IMG/VR virus record: IMGVR_UViG_2909262264_000002 | Coordinates: 1 to 41,038 of that record | Direction: 5' to 3' (one strand) | Source of the DNA: a virus | Lineage: Duplodnaviria; Heunggongvirae; Uroviricota; Caudoviricetes | DNA: 41,038 nucleotides | Part shown: positions 17,785 to 28,751 of the stretch, piece after piece | Position numbering within the stretch: position 1 is the stretch's first letter | How the letters are laid out: each line of letters opens with the position of its first letter | Notes under the pieces: generated by a model | Database searches by the model: none | What the model saw: only the letters and a program-made list of their open reading frames with translations | What the model was told of the DNA's origin: nothing | Position numbers and translations under genes: made by a program

Positions 17785-18057
17785 CTAATAGCCAGCCATT
17801 TGCAAAATCACAGTTACAGCAGCAGCGAAAGCTGCATATGAGTTATATTTAGACTGTAACCGCGCAGTTAAGAAAAATTCGTGAAGATCTACATTTTTTT
17901 TGGGATCATCAAATGTAATTGCTACAACGGTGCTTCTACCTGTTTTGACTTTGGCTGTTGCTGATTTGATCCATAACCCAGCCGATAAAAACCCAAAGAA
18001 AATCGATAGTGCATGATGGTCAATTAACCAGTTTTTAATTAGTAATAAATCACTCAT
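17785..18057 (-). CDS. Small membrane protein of unknown function (about 90 aa, two predicted TM segments)
   Basis: Opposite strand to the late operon; hydrophobic stretches ALSIFFGFLSAGLWI and AAFAAAVTVILQMAGY; start chosen at the internal MSDLLL. Confidence 0.5.
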   Translation of the reverse strand: MSDLLLIKNWLIDHHALSIFFGFLSAGLWIKSATAKVKTGRSTVVAITFDDPKKNVDLHEFFLTARLQSKYNSYAAFAAAVTVILQMAGY

Positions 18058-18081
18058 TTTCAATCCAATTGAGACTTTGTC

Positions 18082-18633
18082 ATGGCACTCACCGACAAAC
18101 AAGAGATGTTCTGTCGCGAGTACCTCATCGATTTAAACGCCACGCAAGCGGCTATTCGGGCGGGGTACAGCGCAAAAACAGCCAACCGTACCGCATCCGA
18201 AAACCTGTCAAAACCTGACATCAAGTTAAGAATCGCCGAACTGAAAGCGCAACGCAATGATCTTGTTGGTATTAATGCAGAATATGTACTTAATCGCCTT
18301 ATTGAAATCGACCAGATGGATGTGCTTGACATTCTCCTGCAAAACGGTGAGCTAAAACCCATTAAAGACTGGCCTAAGGTATGGCGCACAACGCTATCAG
18401 GAATGGATGTCGTGGAGATGGTATCCGCAGATAGCGCCGCACTTCTGAAGAAAATCAAATGGCCTGATAAGGTTAAAAACCTTGAGTTGCTCGGGCGTCA
18501 TGTTTCTGTTCAGGCGTTTAAAGACAATGTCAAAAATGAAGTGACTGGTGCTGACGGAGGACCAGTCAGAACAGAAATTACCAACTTAACGCCGGAGCAG
18601 GTTGCAGAAGCGTATAGAAAAATGATGGGCTAA
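18082..18633 (+). CDS. Terminase small subunit (183 aa)
   Basis: Position immediately upstream of the large terminase; N-terminal HTH-like region. Confidence 0.8.
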   Translation: MALTDKQEMFCREYLIDLNATQAAIRAGYSAKTANRTASENLSKPDIKLRIAELKAQRNDLVGINAEYVLNRLIEIDQMDVLDILLQNGELKPIKDWPKVWRTTLSGMDVVEMVSADSAALLKKIKWPDKVKNLELLGRHVSVQAFKDNVKNEVTGADGGPVRTEITNLTPEQVAEAYRKMMG

Positions 18634-18635
18634 GT

Positions 18636-20258
18636 ATGCCGTTACCATTCCCCTTCGATTTTAAACATCCTGATTACCAGATGGTTTTTGAATGGCGGAT
18701 GGAACGCCTACAGCGCATTCGCCAGAATCCTGAAATATTGCCCGTGTTGAAGCAGTTTTACCGAACCAATCCGGCTCAGTTCATCATCGACTGGGGCATG
18801 ACAACGGACCCGCGTAATATTGATTATGGCCTGCCGGTGACCATTCCGTTTTTACTCTTCCCTAAGCAGGAGGAGTGGATCCACTGGATTATGGAACGCT
18901 GGAGCAATCGGGAGAATGGTATTACCGAAAAATCCCGTGAAATGGGGCTCAGTTGGACCGCGATCGGACTGGCCTGCTCGCTTTGTCTCTTCAACAAAGA
19001 AATGGTTATCGGTTTCGGCTCCCGTAAAGAGGAATACGTCGACAGCACCGGTGACCCGAAAGCATTGTTCTGGAAGGCGCGCAAGTTCGTGGAAACACTA
19101 CCTGTAGAGTTTCGCGGTTCGTGGAGCGAGAAGAAGCACGCGCCATATATGCGTGTTGAGTTTCCTGAAACTGGTGCCGTTATCAAAGGCGAGGCTGGCG
19201 ATAATATTGGTCGTGGTGACCGTACCACGCTTTATCTGGTTGATGAGGCTGCATTCCTTCAGCGTCCTCTGCTGATTGATGCGGCGTTGTCACAAACGAC
19301 GCGTTGCCGTATTGACCTGAGTTCAGTTAACGGCATGGCGAACCCGTTCGCTCAGAAGCGTCATGGCGGGAAGATACCGGTATTCACATTCCACTGGCGG
19401 GATGATCCTCGCAAGGATGAAGAGTGGTATCGCAGGGAATGCGAGAAAATCGATAATCCGGTGGTGGTGGCACAGGAACTTGATCTGAACTACAGCGCAT
19501 CAGCGGAAGGCGTCCTGATTCCATCCGAATGGGTACAGGCTGCCGTTGATGCGCATATCAAACTGGGTATCCAGCCAACAGGCAAACGACTTGGCGCGAT
19601 GGATGTCGCCGACGAAGGCAGGGACAAAAATGCCTTTTCCACCCGTCATGGCTTCCTCCTGGAGAATGTGCGGGAATGGTCCGGTGTGGGCAGCGACATT
19701 TATCAGTCCGTCGAGAAGGTCTTCGGCTTTTGCGAACAGGACGATCTTGAAGAGTTTCGCTTTGACGAGGACGGGCTGGGCGCTGGCGTTCGCGGCGATG
19801 CACGCGCTATCAACGAACTGCGTAACGCTGCGCGTCGACCGTCAATACTCGCCACACCGTTTCGAGGTAGTGGCGCGGTATTTGATCCGGATGATGAAGC
19901 TGTTCGCGGGGACAACGGGCAAGCCGCACGTCTGAACAAGGACTTCTTCGCTAACGCCAAAGCCCAGAGCTGGTGGCGGTTACGTAAACTTTTCCAGAAC
20001 ACCTACCGTGCCGTGGTTGAGGGCATGGCCTACAACCCGGACGAAATCATCTCAATCAGCAGTAGCATGGCACTCAAAGATAAACTCATCATCGAGCTTT
20101 CGCAGCCGACCTATTCCATTAATGGTGTGGGAAAAATCGTTATTGATAAACAGCCTGATGGAACCCGATCGCCAAACCTTGCCGACTCGGTGATGATCAA
20201 CTATGCCCCAATGAATTCAGCCCTGAACATCTGGGAGCTGCTAGGGAGACAGGCCTGA
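18636..20258 (+). CDS. Terminase large subunit (540 aa)
   Basis: Size and position; ATPase N-terminal half and nuclease-like C-terminal half by inspection. Confidence 0.85.
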   Translation: MPLPFPFDFKHPDYQMVFEWRMERLQRIRQNPEILPVLKQFYRTNPAQFIIDWGMTTDPRNIDYGLPVTIPFLLFPKQEEWIHWIMERWSNRENGITEKSREMGLSWTAIGLACSLCLFNKEMVIGFGSRKEEYVDSTGDPKALFWKARKFVETLPVEFRGSWSEKKHAPYMRVEFPETGAVIKGEAGDNIGRGDRTTLYLVDEAAFLQRPLLIDAALSQTTRCRIDLSSVNGMANPFAQKRHGGKIPVFTFHWRDDPRKDEEWYRRECEKIDNPVVVAQELDLNYSASAEGVLIPSEWVQAAVDAHIKLGIQPTGKRLGAMDVADEGRDKNAFSTRHGFLLENVREWSGVGSDIYQSVEKVFGFCEQDDLEEFRFDEDGLGAGVRGDARAINELRNAARRPSILATPFRGSGAVFDPDDEAVRGDNGQAARLNKDFFANAKAQSWWRLRKLFQNTYRAVVEGMAYNPDEIISISSSMALKDKLIIELSQPTYSINGVGKIVIDKQPDGTRSPNLADSVMINYAPMNSALNIWELLGRQA

Positions 20259-21724
20259 TGGCACGAAACAAACAAGCCCTGCGGCGAACTGCGCAGGCCA
20301 CAGCTGATGGTTATGAGAATTTTATTGCCCGCGTAGGGATGCAGACACCTAACCAGCACTCAGCATCCACCTACCGGGCTAATTTCACCAGTCGTAACCG
20401 CATGCTGGTGGAATGGTCCTATCGTTCGTCCTGGATCATCGGCGAAGCGGTCGATGCTATCCCAGATGATATGACCCGCAAAGGCATTCGCATCACTTCG
20501 GAAATTGATGCAAAAGATCGCGGCATTCTCGAATCACAACTGGATGAGTTGCAAATCTGGGATGCGCTGAATGACGTGCTGAAATGGTCGCGCCTCTATG
20601 GCGGCGCGGTGGGTTTCATCATGATTGAGGGGCAGGCACCAATGACCCCGCTGCGGCTCGAAACCATTGGAGAAGGCAAGTTTAAGGGCATTCTCCCGCT
20701 CGACCGCTGGATGATTAACCCAGTGCTGACCCGCCGCATTAAAGATATGGGGCCGGACCTGGGTAAACCTGAGTTTTACGATGTGGTGACCACAGCAACG
20801 GGAATTCCTGCCTGGCGCATTCATCACAGTCGTCTGATTCGCTTTGATGGCGTCACGCTGCCATTCCAGCAGAAGATGACCGAGAACGAATGGGGAATGT
20901 CGGTTGTAGAGCGTATCTGGGATCGTCTTACCGCGTTCGACAGCGCTACTGTCGGCGCGGCGCAGCTGGTCTACAAGGCGCATCTGCGCACCTACAGCGT
21001 GGAGAAGCTACGCGAGCTTATCGCACTTGGTGGTCCTGCGTATGAAGCGTTGCTGAAGAATATCGACCTGATTCGACAGTTCCAGAGCAATGAAGGCATG
21101 ACGCTCATGGACTCGCGGGATAAGTTTGAAACCCATCAGTACAGCTTCAGTGGTCTGGATGACATCCTTTCGCAGTTTGCAGAACAGATTAGTGGCGCTG
21201 TTGGTATCCCACTGGTGCGGTTGTTCGGACAGTCCCCGAAAGGATTTTCTACCGGCGATGCAGACCTTGCCAACTATTACGATCGGGTAAGCTCGCTGCA
21301 GGAGAGACGTTTACGTCTTCCGGTGCGGCGGATACTGGACATCATGCATCGTTCGGAACTTGGCAAGCCGCTACCGGACGATTTCACGTTTGAGTTTAAC
21401 CCGCTCTGGCAAATGTCTGATGTCGATCGCTCAACGGTGGCGTTAAACACTACCAACGCAATCAGTACAGCGCTGGGTGATGGTCTGATGACACTGAAAG
21501 CCGCTATGACCGATTTGCGCGAAAATTCTGATGTAACCGGCATCGGGGCATCCATTACCGACGAGGACATAGAGAATGCCGAAGACGAAGCGCCGCCCGG
21601 CATCGGCGAACCTGATGACGAACCGCAGGAACCGTCAGGCGGAAATCCGCTATCGAACCAGCCTACGCAGGATAGCGCGGGCGGTCGGAGACATCGTAAA
21701 TGGTCGCTACGATGGTTCAAATGA
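20258..21724 (+). CDS. Portal protein (488 aa)
   Basis: Size and position directly after the large terminase (stop/start overlap). Confidence 0.8.
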   Translation: MARNKQALRRTAQATADGYENFIARVGMQTPNQHSASTYRANFTSRNRMLVEWSYRSSWIIGEAVDAIPDDMTRKGIRITSEIDAKDRGILESQLDELQIWDALNDVLKWSRLYGGAVGFIMIEGQAPMTPLRLETIGEGKFKGILPLDRWMINPVLTRRIKDMGPDLGKPEFYDVVTTATGIPAWRIHHSRLIRFDGVTLPFQQKMTENEWGMSVVERIWDRLTAFDSATVGAAQLVYKAHLRTYSVEKLRELIALGGPAYEALLKNIDLIRQFQSNEGMTLMDSRDKFETHQYSFSGLDDILSQFAEQISGAVGIPLVRLFGQSPKGFSTGDADLANYYDRVSSLQERRLRLPVRRILDIMHRSELGKPLPDDFTFEFNPLWQMSDVDRSTVALNTTNAISTALGDGLMTLKAAMTDLRENSDVTGIGASITDEDIENAEDEAPPGIGEPDDEPQEPSGGNPLSNQPTQDSAGGRRHRKWSLRWFK

Positions 21725-22349
21725 CAGTATCACGGAAATTATTGAGGCGCTGGAACGCTACAGTGAAATCATCACCCCTTGGGCGACAAAGGTCGCGGAA
21801 AACTTTACCGCCGATATTGTGCGCAAGAATGATGAGCAGTGGCGTAAACACAGCAAAACCATCAGCCGTGAGCTACGCAATCTGGTAAACAGTGCCCCGC
21901 CAGGGCAGGTGATGAAATCCGTCGTTGCTGAACAGGTTAAGTACATTAAATCGCTACCCCTCGAGGCGGCTGACAGGGTGTACGACATCCAGAATCGGGC
22001 GATTGAAGCTGTTGTGACCGGTGGGAGAGCGGAACATTTTGCTAAAGAAATAGCTGCATCGGGTGATATAGCAAAGTCCAGAGCTGACCTGATTGCCCGT
22101 ACTGAACTTGGACGTGCAACCGGCGCGCTGGATCAGGCGCGTGCGCTGGCAATTGGTTCGAATGGTTATATCTGGCGTACAGCCGAAGATGGTGATGTCA
22201 GGCATTCTCATCGGGAAATGGAAGGTAAATTTGTCGAATGGGGCAAACCTCCAACGCTTGACGGCATGACAGGTCACGCTGGCGAGTTCCCGAATTGTCG
22301 CTGTTATAAAGAAATTGTTTTTCCCACCTCCCATTCTTACCCCGCCTGA
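21576..22349 (+). CDS. Head morphogenesis protein (Mu F / SPP1 gp7-like, 257 aa)
   Basis: Position after portal; C-terminal region resembles the minor head protein family; start uncertain (overlaps the portal 3' end by about 150 nt). Confidence 0.65.
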   Translation: MPKTKRRPASANLMTNRRNRQAEIRYRTSLRRIARAVGDIVNGRYDGSNDSITEIIEALERYSEIITPWATKVAENFTADIVRKNDEQWRKHSKTISRELRNLVNSAPPGQVMKSVVAEQVKYIKSLPLEAADRVYDIQNRAIEAVVTGGRAEHFAKEIAASGDIAKSRADLIARTELGRATGALDQARALAIGSNGYIWRTAEDGDVRHSHREMEGKFVEWGKPPTLDGMTGHAGEFPNCRCYKEIVFPTSHSYPA

Positions 22350-22363
22350 ATCGCAGGTAACAC

Positions 22364-23584
22364 ATGAAATATTTTTTCAATACCCGGCTGGGGGAAACCC
22401 GCTATCAGTTGGCTGACGGCTCGTTGCTGTGCAAAGACGTGCCGATAGGACGAACAGGTAAGCAGCTCTATGGTGCTGATGACCTACCAAAACTGAAACC
22501 CGATAAGTTCGGTGAAATAGTCGTCACGCGTTCTCCTGAGCAGGTATTCCATCCCGCCACGCTTGCCTCATTCGAAGGAATGAGTATCACGGTGTTGCAT
22601 CCCGAGGATGAAAACGGGGATGTGCGGCTGGTGAATCCAGAGAACTGGAAAGAGCTTGCTGTCGGGCACCTCCAGAATGTCCGGCGCGGGACGGGTGAGC
22701 AGTCTGATTTGATGCTGGCTGACCTTATCGTCAAAGACGAAAGCGCCATTCAGCTTATCGAAGATGGCCTGCGCGAAGTGTCGTGCGGCTATGACGCGGA
22801 GTATGAGCAGACCGAGCCAGGTAAAGCCGAGCAGGTCGATATTACCGGAAACCATGTGGCTCTTGTCCCCAAAGGCAGAGCCGGAAATCGTTGTGCAATT
22901 GGAGACAGAGACACAATGGCAAATCAAAAGAAAAACTGGTGGAACCGCATGCGTGCAGCCATCAAGACAGGAGATGCCGACACCATGAACGAACTGGTGG
23001 AGTCGGCTCCCGCATCGGTTACAGGAGATGAGGGGGATTTGCCGCAGGGCGTTAATCTCAACATCAACCTGTCCCCGCAGCAACCACTACCGGACAAAGC
23101 ACCAGAGATGGGCGGAGGTCCAACCGGCGACAGTGATGATGACCTCAAAACATTACTGAAATCCCTGCTGGCTAAGCTGGAAGGAAATGCGACGGGCGAT
23201 AACGATAATAAGCCTGACGATAATCCAACCGGTGACGGCGAGGACGATGAAGAGGAAACCACGATTACTGGTGACTCAGCCTGGCGTGCCGAAGTTATCG
23301 TTCCGGGTATCGATCTGAGCCGTAAGATGAAACCGACCGCGTTCAAACGCGAGGTTCTGGCTTCTGCTGACAAAACGCTGGTTCGCCAGATAGTCGGTGA
23401 TGCGGATATCCGCAAATTGCCGAAACAATCGGTCGACATGGCGTTTAATGCCGTGTCTGAGATTGCCAAAGGGCGAAACACCCGCGCCACCACCGGCGAT
23501 GCACAGCGCCTAAACATGGGCATGACCAGTATCGCTTCCCTGAACAAACAAAACGCTGAATTCTGGGCAAACCGTAAAGGGTAA
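22364..23584 (+). CDS. Putative scaffolding / prohead core protein (406 aa)
   Basis: Position between morphogenesis and capsid genes; long acidic low-complexity central region (GDSDDD...DDEEE). Confidence 0.55.
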   Translation: MKYFFNTRLGETRYQLADGSLLCKDVPIGRTGKQLYGADDLPKLKPDKFGEIVVTRSPEQVFHPATLASFEGMSITVLHPEDENGDVRLVNPENWKELAVGHLQNVRRGTGEQSDLMLADLIVKDESAIQLIEDGLREVSCGYDAEYEQTEPGKAEQVDITGNHVALVPKGRAGNRCAIGDRDTMANQKKNWWNRMRAAIKTGDADTMNELVESAPASVTGDEGDLPQGVNLNINLSPQQPLPDKAPEMGGGPTGDSDDDLKTLLKSLLAKLEGNATGDNDNKPDDNPTGDGEDDEEETTITGDSAWRAEVIVPGIDLSRKMKPTAFKREVLASADKTLVRQIVGDADIRKLPKQSVDMAFNAVSEIAKGRNTRATTGDAQRLNMGMTSIASLNKQNAEFWANRKG

Positions 23585-23587
23585 AAA

Positions 23588-24094
23588 ATGAATAATGTAT
23601 TTCTGTACCGGATGCCTGTTGGCATTGCCGGGGCTGTCTCTCGCCCGCAGGACTTAACCGTCGAACCGGTGGTCCTTAAATCCGATAACGCCTTCGCTGC
23701 CTATGGGCTGGCTGGTAAATACGATGATGACGGTTTTTTCGTGCCTCTGGCAGATGGTGATACAGCAGACAAGGTGAAGGGGATCTACGTGCGCCCTTAT
23801 CCGACCACTTCGCAGCCGGACATGGTTCGCCAGGTGGGGAGTGGCAAGAACTTCCCTGGCGACGCCATGAAGCGTGGCTACGTGACCGTTAATCTCGGTT
23901 CTGATTTTGATGCCAGCACCATCAAAAAAGGCGACCCGGTATACGTTGTCGTCTCCACTGATGAATCCATCAAAGTGCCGCTGGGTGGATTCATGTCCAC
24001 GTCAGTCAGTGGCAAAAATGTGGTGCTGACCAACGCTGAATTCACAGGTGCCGGTGATGCTGACGGCAATGCAGAAATTTCCTGGAAGATTTAA
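23588..24094 (+). CDS. Head structural protein (168 aa), possible decoration/cement protein
   Basis: Immediately upstream of the major capsid gene. Confidence 0.5.
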   Translation: MNNVFLYRMPVGIAGAVSRPQDLTVEPVVLKSDNAFAAYGLAGKYDDDGFFVPLADGDTADKVKGIYVRPYPTTSQPDMVRQVGSGKNFPGDAMKRGYVTVNLGSDFDASTIKKGDPVYVVVSTDESIKVPLGGFMSTSVSGKNVVLTNAEFTGAGDADGNAEISWKI

Positions 24095-24105
24095 GGAACA
24101 GACGA

Positions 24106-25047
24106 ATGATTACTTTTGATCAGGCAACCGTTGACAGCTCTGGTGCCTTTCTCATCGGAGAGCTGGAGCGACTCGACCAGACGCTGAACCTGCCACTGGT
24201 GGGGTACACCTGGACCCGCGATATTCAGTTGCGTGAAGATGTCTCTATCGCAGATGACATTTCCAGCTGGACGAATACCAGCTTCGCCGCTGCGGGTACT
24301 GGTGCAAATCCGAATGGCAAAAACTGGGTAGGCAAAGACTCAACCGCTATTGCTGGCGTGAACGTGGATATCGGCAAATCCGGTAACCCGCTGAACCTGT
24401 GGGGGATGGAACTTGGCTGGACGGTCATAGAATTGCAGGCTGCTCAGCAGGTCGGCCGCCCGATTGATACGCAGAAGTATGACGGTATGCAACTGAAATG
24501 GCAGATGGATAACGATGAACAGGTATATGTTGGCGATTCCGCATTAAACCTGAAAGGCCTTGTTACCCTGGACGGCGTGCCTGTCAACAACGCTGCTAAA
24601 ACGTGGGCAACCTCAACACCGGACGAAATCCGCGCAAGCATTAACCAGGTGCTGTCTGATGCGTGGGCCGCTTCCGGTTACTCTGTGGTTCCGCGTGATT
24701 TGCTGATCCCGCCTGAGCAGTTTGCTCTGTTGTCCAGCATCATCGTTTCATCTGCGGGTAACCAGTCCCTGTTGACGTATCTTCAGACCAACACCATCAG
24801 CTATCACCAGAACGGTGTTCCGCTGAATATCCGCGCGGTTAAATGGCTGAAAGGCCGTGGTGTGGGGAATAAGGATCGCATGGTTGCGTACACCAACGAT
24901 AAAAAATACGTCCGCTACCCGCTGGTTCCGCTTCAGAGCGTGCCGGTGCAGTATCGCGGTCTGTATCAGATCGTCACTTACTACGGCAAGCTGGGTGCAG
25001 TCGAGCCAGTGTACAAAGAAACCATTTCGTACGTTGATGGCATTTAA
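24106..25047 (+). CDS. Major capsid protein (313 aa)
   Basis: Size, position and strong SD; typical head-module order. Confidence 0.75.
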   Translation: MITFDQATVDSSGAFLIGELERLDQTLNLPLVGYTWTRDIQLREDVSIADDISSWTNTSFAAAGTGANPNGKNWVGKDSTAIAGVNVDIGKSGNPLNLWGMELGWTVIELQAAQQVGRPIDTQKYDGMQLKWQMDNDEQVYVGDSALNLKGLVTLDGVPVNNAAKTWATSTPDEIRASINQVLSDAWAASGYSVVPRDLLIPPEQFALLSSIIVSSAGNQSLLTYLQTNTISYHQNGVPLNIRAVKWLKGRGVGNKDRMVAYTNDKKYVRYPLVPLQSVPVQYRGLYQIVTYYGKLGAVEPVYKETISYVDGI

Positions 25048-25088
25048 CAGCCATATGGCCCCCTGGCGGGGCCATTAAGGATGACCCG

Positions 25089-25310
25089 ATGGCAAAAAAT
25101 GATGCAGTAATACACGTACATACCCCGTTTGTGCTCACGCTTCCCGACGGTTCTCGGCGCGAGTTTGTTAAAGGCCGTCATGCTGTGGAGGAAGACGTTG
25201 CCACGCACTGGTTCACTCGTGCGCACGCGGAAGTATCCGTTGGCAAAGCCACAGACGCGCGTAACGAGGTAAAAAATGCCAAAGAATCAAAGTCTGCCAG
25301 CGGTAAGTGA
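25089..25310 (+). CDS. Hypothetical protein (73 aa)
   Basis: ORF track. Confidence 0.4.
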   Translation: MAKNDAVIHVHTPFVLTLPDGSRREFVKGRHAVEEDVATHWFTRAHAEVSVGKATDARNEVKNAKESKSASGK

Positions 25311-25683
25311 TTTTCGCCGCGACTTCCCGCAGTTTGCTGACCCTGCCAAATATCCCGAAGCGCAAATCCAGTTTCGTCTGAATCTGGCCGATGAACTGCT
25401 GAGCGAAAACGTCACCGGCAAAAAGTTGTTTCCGTACTTTGCCGGGTTGTTCGTTTCGCACTACATGACGCTCTGGGCGGCAGACAGCAGAGCGATGCTG
25501 GCTGGTGGTCCGGGCGGTTCAACCAATGGTGTTCAGTCCTCAAAGTCCGTGGATAAGGTAAGCGTCAGTTATGACACCAGCGCGACGCTGAATCCTGATG
25601 CAGGTTTCTGGAATAACACCCGATATGGCGCTGAATTTTATCAGTTGATCACGATGTTCGGTGCAGGTGGTCGCCAGCTATGA
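25276..25683 (+). CDS. Head-tail connector/completion protein (135 aa)
   Basis: Position in the head-tail joining block. Confidence 0.5.
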   Translation: MPKNQSLPAVSDFRRDFPQFADPAKYPEAQIQFRLNLADELLSENVTGKKLFPYFAGLFVSHYMTLWAADSRAMLAGGPGGSTNGVQSSKSVDKVSVSYDTSATLNPDAGFWNNTRYGAEFYQLITMFGAGGRQL

Positions 25684-26234
25684 GTTTCAAAAGCGGTGTA
25701 ACAACGAGGGTGGATAACGCTAAGGCCATTCTGGATGCGCTCAGGTCGTTAACCAAAAAAGATGTGCTGGTCGGCATCCCTTCGGAAGACAGCGGGCGGG
25801 ATGATGTTCCGTTTGGTAATGCGGGCATCGGTTACCTCAACGAATACGGCTCACCAGAGCAGAACATCCCGCCACGACCTCACTTGGTCCCCGGCGTTAA
25901 ATCGGCAGAAGAGCAGACGGTGCCGCAGCTCAAAGCCGCGGCGCAGGCTGCTCTTGATGGTAATGTTGCGGGAGCAGAAAGCGCACTCAACCGTGCCGGA
26001 ACGCTGGCCGCTAATGGCGTCAGGCATTACATGACCATTACCGGATTTACGCCGCTTGCTGACAGTACTGTTGAAGCCCGGGCTCGTCGGGGGCGCAAGG
26101 GGGCGACACTGGAACTTGCCCGGCGTGCTGCTGGCGAATCTCCGGGAACCGAACTGGCGAACCCATTAATTGACACCGGGCAATATCGCAGAGCTATTAC
26201 CCATGTTGTGAGGGATAAAGATGCCGACTCTTGA
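25680..26234 (+). CDS. Head-tail joining protein (184 aa)
   Basis: Position; overlapping start/stop with neighbours. Confidence 0.5.
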   Translation: MSFKSGVTTRVDNAKAILDALRSLTKKDVLVGIPSEDSGRDDVPFGNAGIGYLNEYGSPEQNIPPRPHLVPGVKSAEEQTVPQLKAAAQAALDGNVAGAESALNRAGTLAANGVRHYMTITGFTPLADSTVEARARRGRKGATLELARRAAGESPGTELANPLIDTGQYRRAITHVVRDKDADS

Positions 26235-26610
26235 TGTAACAGATGTGCTTTTTGACCCCGATTTTTGCGACTTCAATTTGTGGGTAACACGCCGTGTGCA
26301 AACGGTGGATGAGGACGGGATCGGCAGCAACAGCGAAGTTAAAAAGCAGTTTGCCGGAGTCGTAACTGTTGATCGCTCTCTGGAAAACCATCGTATGCAG
26401 GCCGGGCAGGTAATCAGTGGTGCAATTCTGATTGTGACGACTGAGCGACTGACGCAGGGACAGACTGGCCGTGATGCCGATATCGTGACGTATCAGGGCC
26501 GTGATTATCGTGTGACTTTCGTCGACCCGTATACAGCGTATGGTGCCGGATTCGTTCAGGCGCATTGTGAGTTGCTGCCGTTTGATGGGGGAATTCCGGT
26601 TGAGCAATAA
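26221..26610 (+). CDS. Head-tail adaptor / tail completion protein (129 aa)
   Basis: Position. Confidence 0.5.
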   Translation: MPTLDVTDVLFDPDFCDFNLWVTRRVQTVDEDGIGSNSEVKKQFAGVVTVDRSLENHRMQAGQVISGAILIVTTERLTQGQTGRDADIVTYQGRDYRVTFVDPYTAYGAGFVQAHCELLPFDGGIPVEQ

Positions 26611-27148
26611 CACCAGCACAGAGCGCGGATGGCTGATACCAACCAGTGGCGATCCGGATTATGACGAAGCGCTCGACAGGCTGTTAAGCCAGTGGATGCG
26701 TAACGTTTCCGGTCTGTCTGCCGGGATGGTTCGTCCGCGCTGGCAGAAAGAGCAGCCGCCACTGCTACCGGCTGAAACGAACTGGTGTGCGTTTGGGGTT
26801 ATCGGATGGTCAGGTGATGACAGTCCGGCATTCACCAGACAGACCGATGATGGCTCTCAGCTCTGGCGGCATGAAACGATTGAGTGTATGGCTTCATTTT
26901 ATGGACCGGCGGGGATGGTGTATGCGTCCCGGTTTCGTGACGGTATATCTGTACCGCAGAACAATGCAGCACTGAATGCGCTGGGGCTGTCTCTTGGCGA
27001 TTACACAGGTCTGACACCCTTCCCTGAACTTATTAATCAGCAATGGGTCCGCCGCTACGATATGACGGTGCGCCTGCGCCGGAAGGTTGTGCGCGAGTAC
27101 GGTATTAAATCGCTGGTGGAAGCACCAGTCATCTTTTTCGGAGATTAA
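26585..27148 (+). CDS. Tail completion / neck protein (about 188 aa from internal Met)
   Basis: Position; start uncertain. Confidence 0.45.
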   Translation: MGEFRLSNNTSTERGWLIPTSGDPDYDEALDRLLSQWMRNVSGLSAGMVRPRWQKEQPPLLPAETNWCAFGVIGWSGDDSPAFTRQTDDGSQLWRHETIECMASFYGPAGMVYASRFRDGISVPQNNAALNALGLSLGDYTGLTPFPELINQQWVRRYDMTVRLRRKVVREYGIKSLVEAPVIFFGD

Positions 27149-27151
27149 GCT

Positions 27152-28297
27152 ATGGCACAGGGCTTGCCTGTATCAAACGTTGTTAATGTTGATGTGATCA
27201 TGTCGCCGCGTGCAGCATCAGGGCGAAATTTTGGTGCATTACTCATTCTCGGCCCGTCCACAATCATTCCGGTAAGTGAGCGCATTCGCCGTTATTCTGC
27301 TGCGGAAGATATTGGAAAAGATTTTGGCGTGGAATCACCAGAATATAAGGCTGCGCTGGTGTTTTTCTCACAATCACCGAAACCTCAGGAGGTTTTTGTT
27401 GGTCGTTGGGTGAAAACGAAGGGTGACAGCGAACAGGCCACGCCTGAGACGCTGGAGCAGGCTGTGAATGCCATGCTCGATTATACTTCATGGTATGGGC
27501 TGGTGATTGCAGACGATGAAGATATTCCGGATGCAGACTGGCTGAAAGTGGCTGCGGCGATCGAATCCTCTTCTGTAAGCCGTATTCTGTCGATTACGAC
27601 AAGCGATGAGAAATGCCTGCAGACTGCATCCAGCGATGATTTGGCATCAAAACTGAAAACCGCCGGATATTCACGCAGTTTTATTCAGTATTCATCGGGT
27701 AATAAATACGCTGCGTTATCTGCATTTGGCCGGGCATTCACGGTTAATTTCAATGGCAGTAATACCGCGATTACGCTCAAGTTTAAGCAGGAGCCGGGTG
27801 TCGGGTATGAAACACTGACAGTCAGCCAGGCATCGGCACTTGATGCAAAAAACTGCAATGTGTTCGTGTACTACCAGAATGATACAGCTATCCTCCAGCA
27901 GGGAGTGATGGCTAACGGCGATTTCTTTGATGAACGCCACGGCCTGGACTGGTTACAGAATTATGTGCAGACCAACCTCTATAACCTGCTTTATACCAGC
28001 ACCACGAAAGTTCCCCAGACTGAAGCCGGTATTACCCGACTGTTATCAAATGTAGAAAAATCACTGGATCAGGCTGTTCAGAATGGACTGATTGCTCCGG
28101 GCGTATGGAACGGTGGCGACCTTGGGCAGTTGTCATCAGGTGACACGCTGCCCAAAGGTTATTACGTATACGCCCAGCCGCTGGATGAACAGGCACAATC
28201 AGAACGTGAAGCCCGTAAGGCTCCGGTGATTCAGGCTGCAATAAAACTTGCAGGCGCGGTTCATTACGCTGACGTACAGATTAACGTTGTTCGCTAA
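27152..28297 (+). CDS. Tail sheath protein (381 aa)
   Basis: Gene order sheath - tube - chaperone with frameshift - tape measure, typical of contractile tails. Confidence 0.7.
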   Translation: MAQGLPVSNVVNVDVIMSPRAASGRNFGALLILGPSTIIPVSERIRRYSAAEDIGKDFGVESPEYKAALVFFSQSPKPQEVFVGRWVKTKGDSEQATPETLEQAVNAMLDYTSWYGLVIADDEDIPDADWLKVAAAIESSSVSRILSITTSDEKCLQTASSDDLASKLKTAGYSRSFIQYSSGNKYAALSAFGRAFTVNFNGSNTAITLKFKQEPGVGYETLTVSQASALDAKNCNVFVYYQNDTAILQQGVMANGDFFDERHGLDWLQNYVQTNLYNLLYTSTTKVPQTEAGITRLLSNVEKSLDQAVQNGLIAPGVWNGGDLGQLSSGDTLPKGYYVYAQPLDEQAQSEREARKAPVIQAAIKLAGAVHYADVQINVVR

Positions 28298-28307
28298 GGG
28301 GAAGTGA

Positions 28308-28748
28308 ATGTCTACCTATTCTTTTATGGATGTCACTGCGACGCTGACCGGGCCGACCGGTTCGATTGACCTCGGGTACGGTTCGGCAAGTTCTGAGGAG
28401 GGGATTGTGGTTGCGATGGGCGGTCCTAAAAACACCATGACCATCGGTGCTGATGGCGAAGTGATGCACAGCCTCCATGCAGATAAAAGCGGGACGATTA
28501 CCGTTAACCTTCTGAAGACATCACCGACAAATAAAAAATTGTCGCTGGCGTATAACGCACAGAGCCAGTCTTCTGCCACATGGGGGAATAACGTTATCGT
28601 GATCCGCAACAAGGTCAGCGGCGACATCATCACGGCACGCAGTGTTGCGTTCCAGAAACAACCGGATAACGCCAACGCTAAAACCGGTAATACGATGCCG
28701 TGGGTGTTTGACTGCGGCAAGATTGACCAGGTTCTCGGGGAGTTTTAA
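28308..28748 (+). CDS. Tail tube protein (146 aa)
   Basis: Size and position after the sheath gene. Confidence 0.7.
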   Translation: MSTYSFMDVTATLTGPTGSIDLGYGSASSEEGIVVAMGGPKNTMTIGADGEVMHSLHADKSGTITVNLLKTSPTNKKLSLAYNAQSQSSATWGNNVIVIRNKVSGDIITARSVAFQKQPDNANAKTGNTMPWVFDCGKIDQVLGEF

Positions 28749-28751
28749 TAC

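Noticed and set aside
18824-20002. ORFs 18824..19228 (-), 19546..19935 (+), 19558..19803 (-) and 19703..20002 (-) inside the large terminase gene
   Set aside because: Alternative-frame or antisense ORFs in GC-rich coding sequence; Arg/Ser/Pro-rich translations typical of shadows.
22468-23625. Minus-strand ORFs antisense to the scaffold-like gene
   Set aside because: Overlap a plus-strand gene in the unidirectional late operon; low-complexity Ser/Pro-rich translations.
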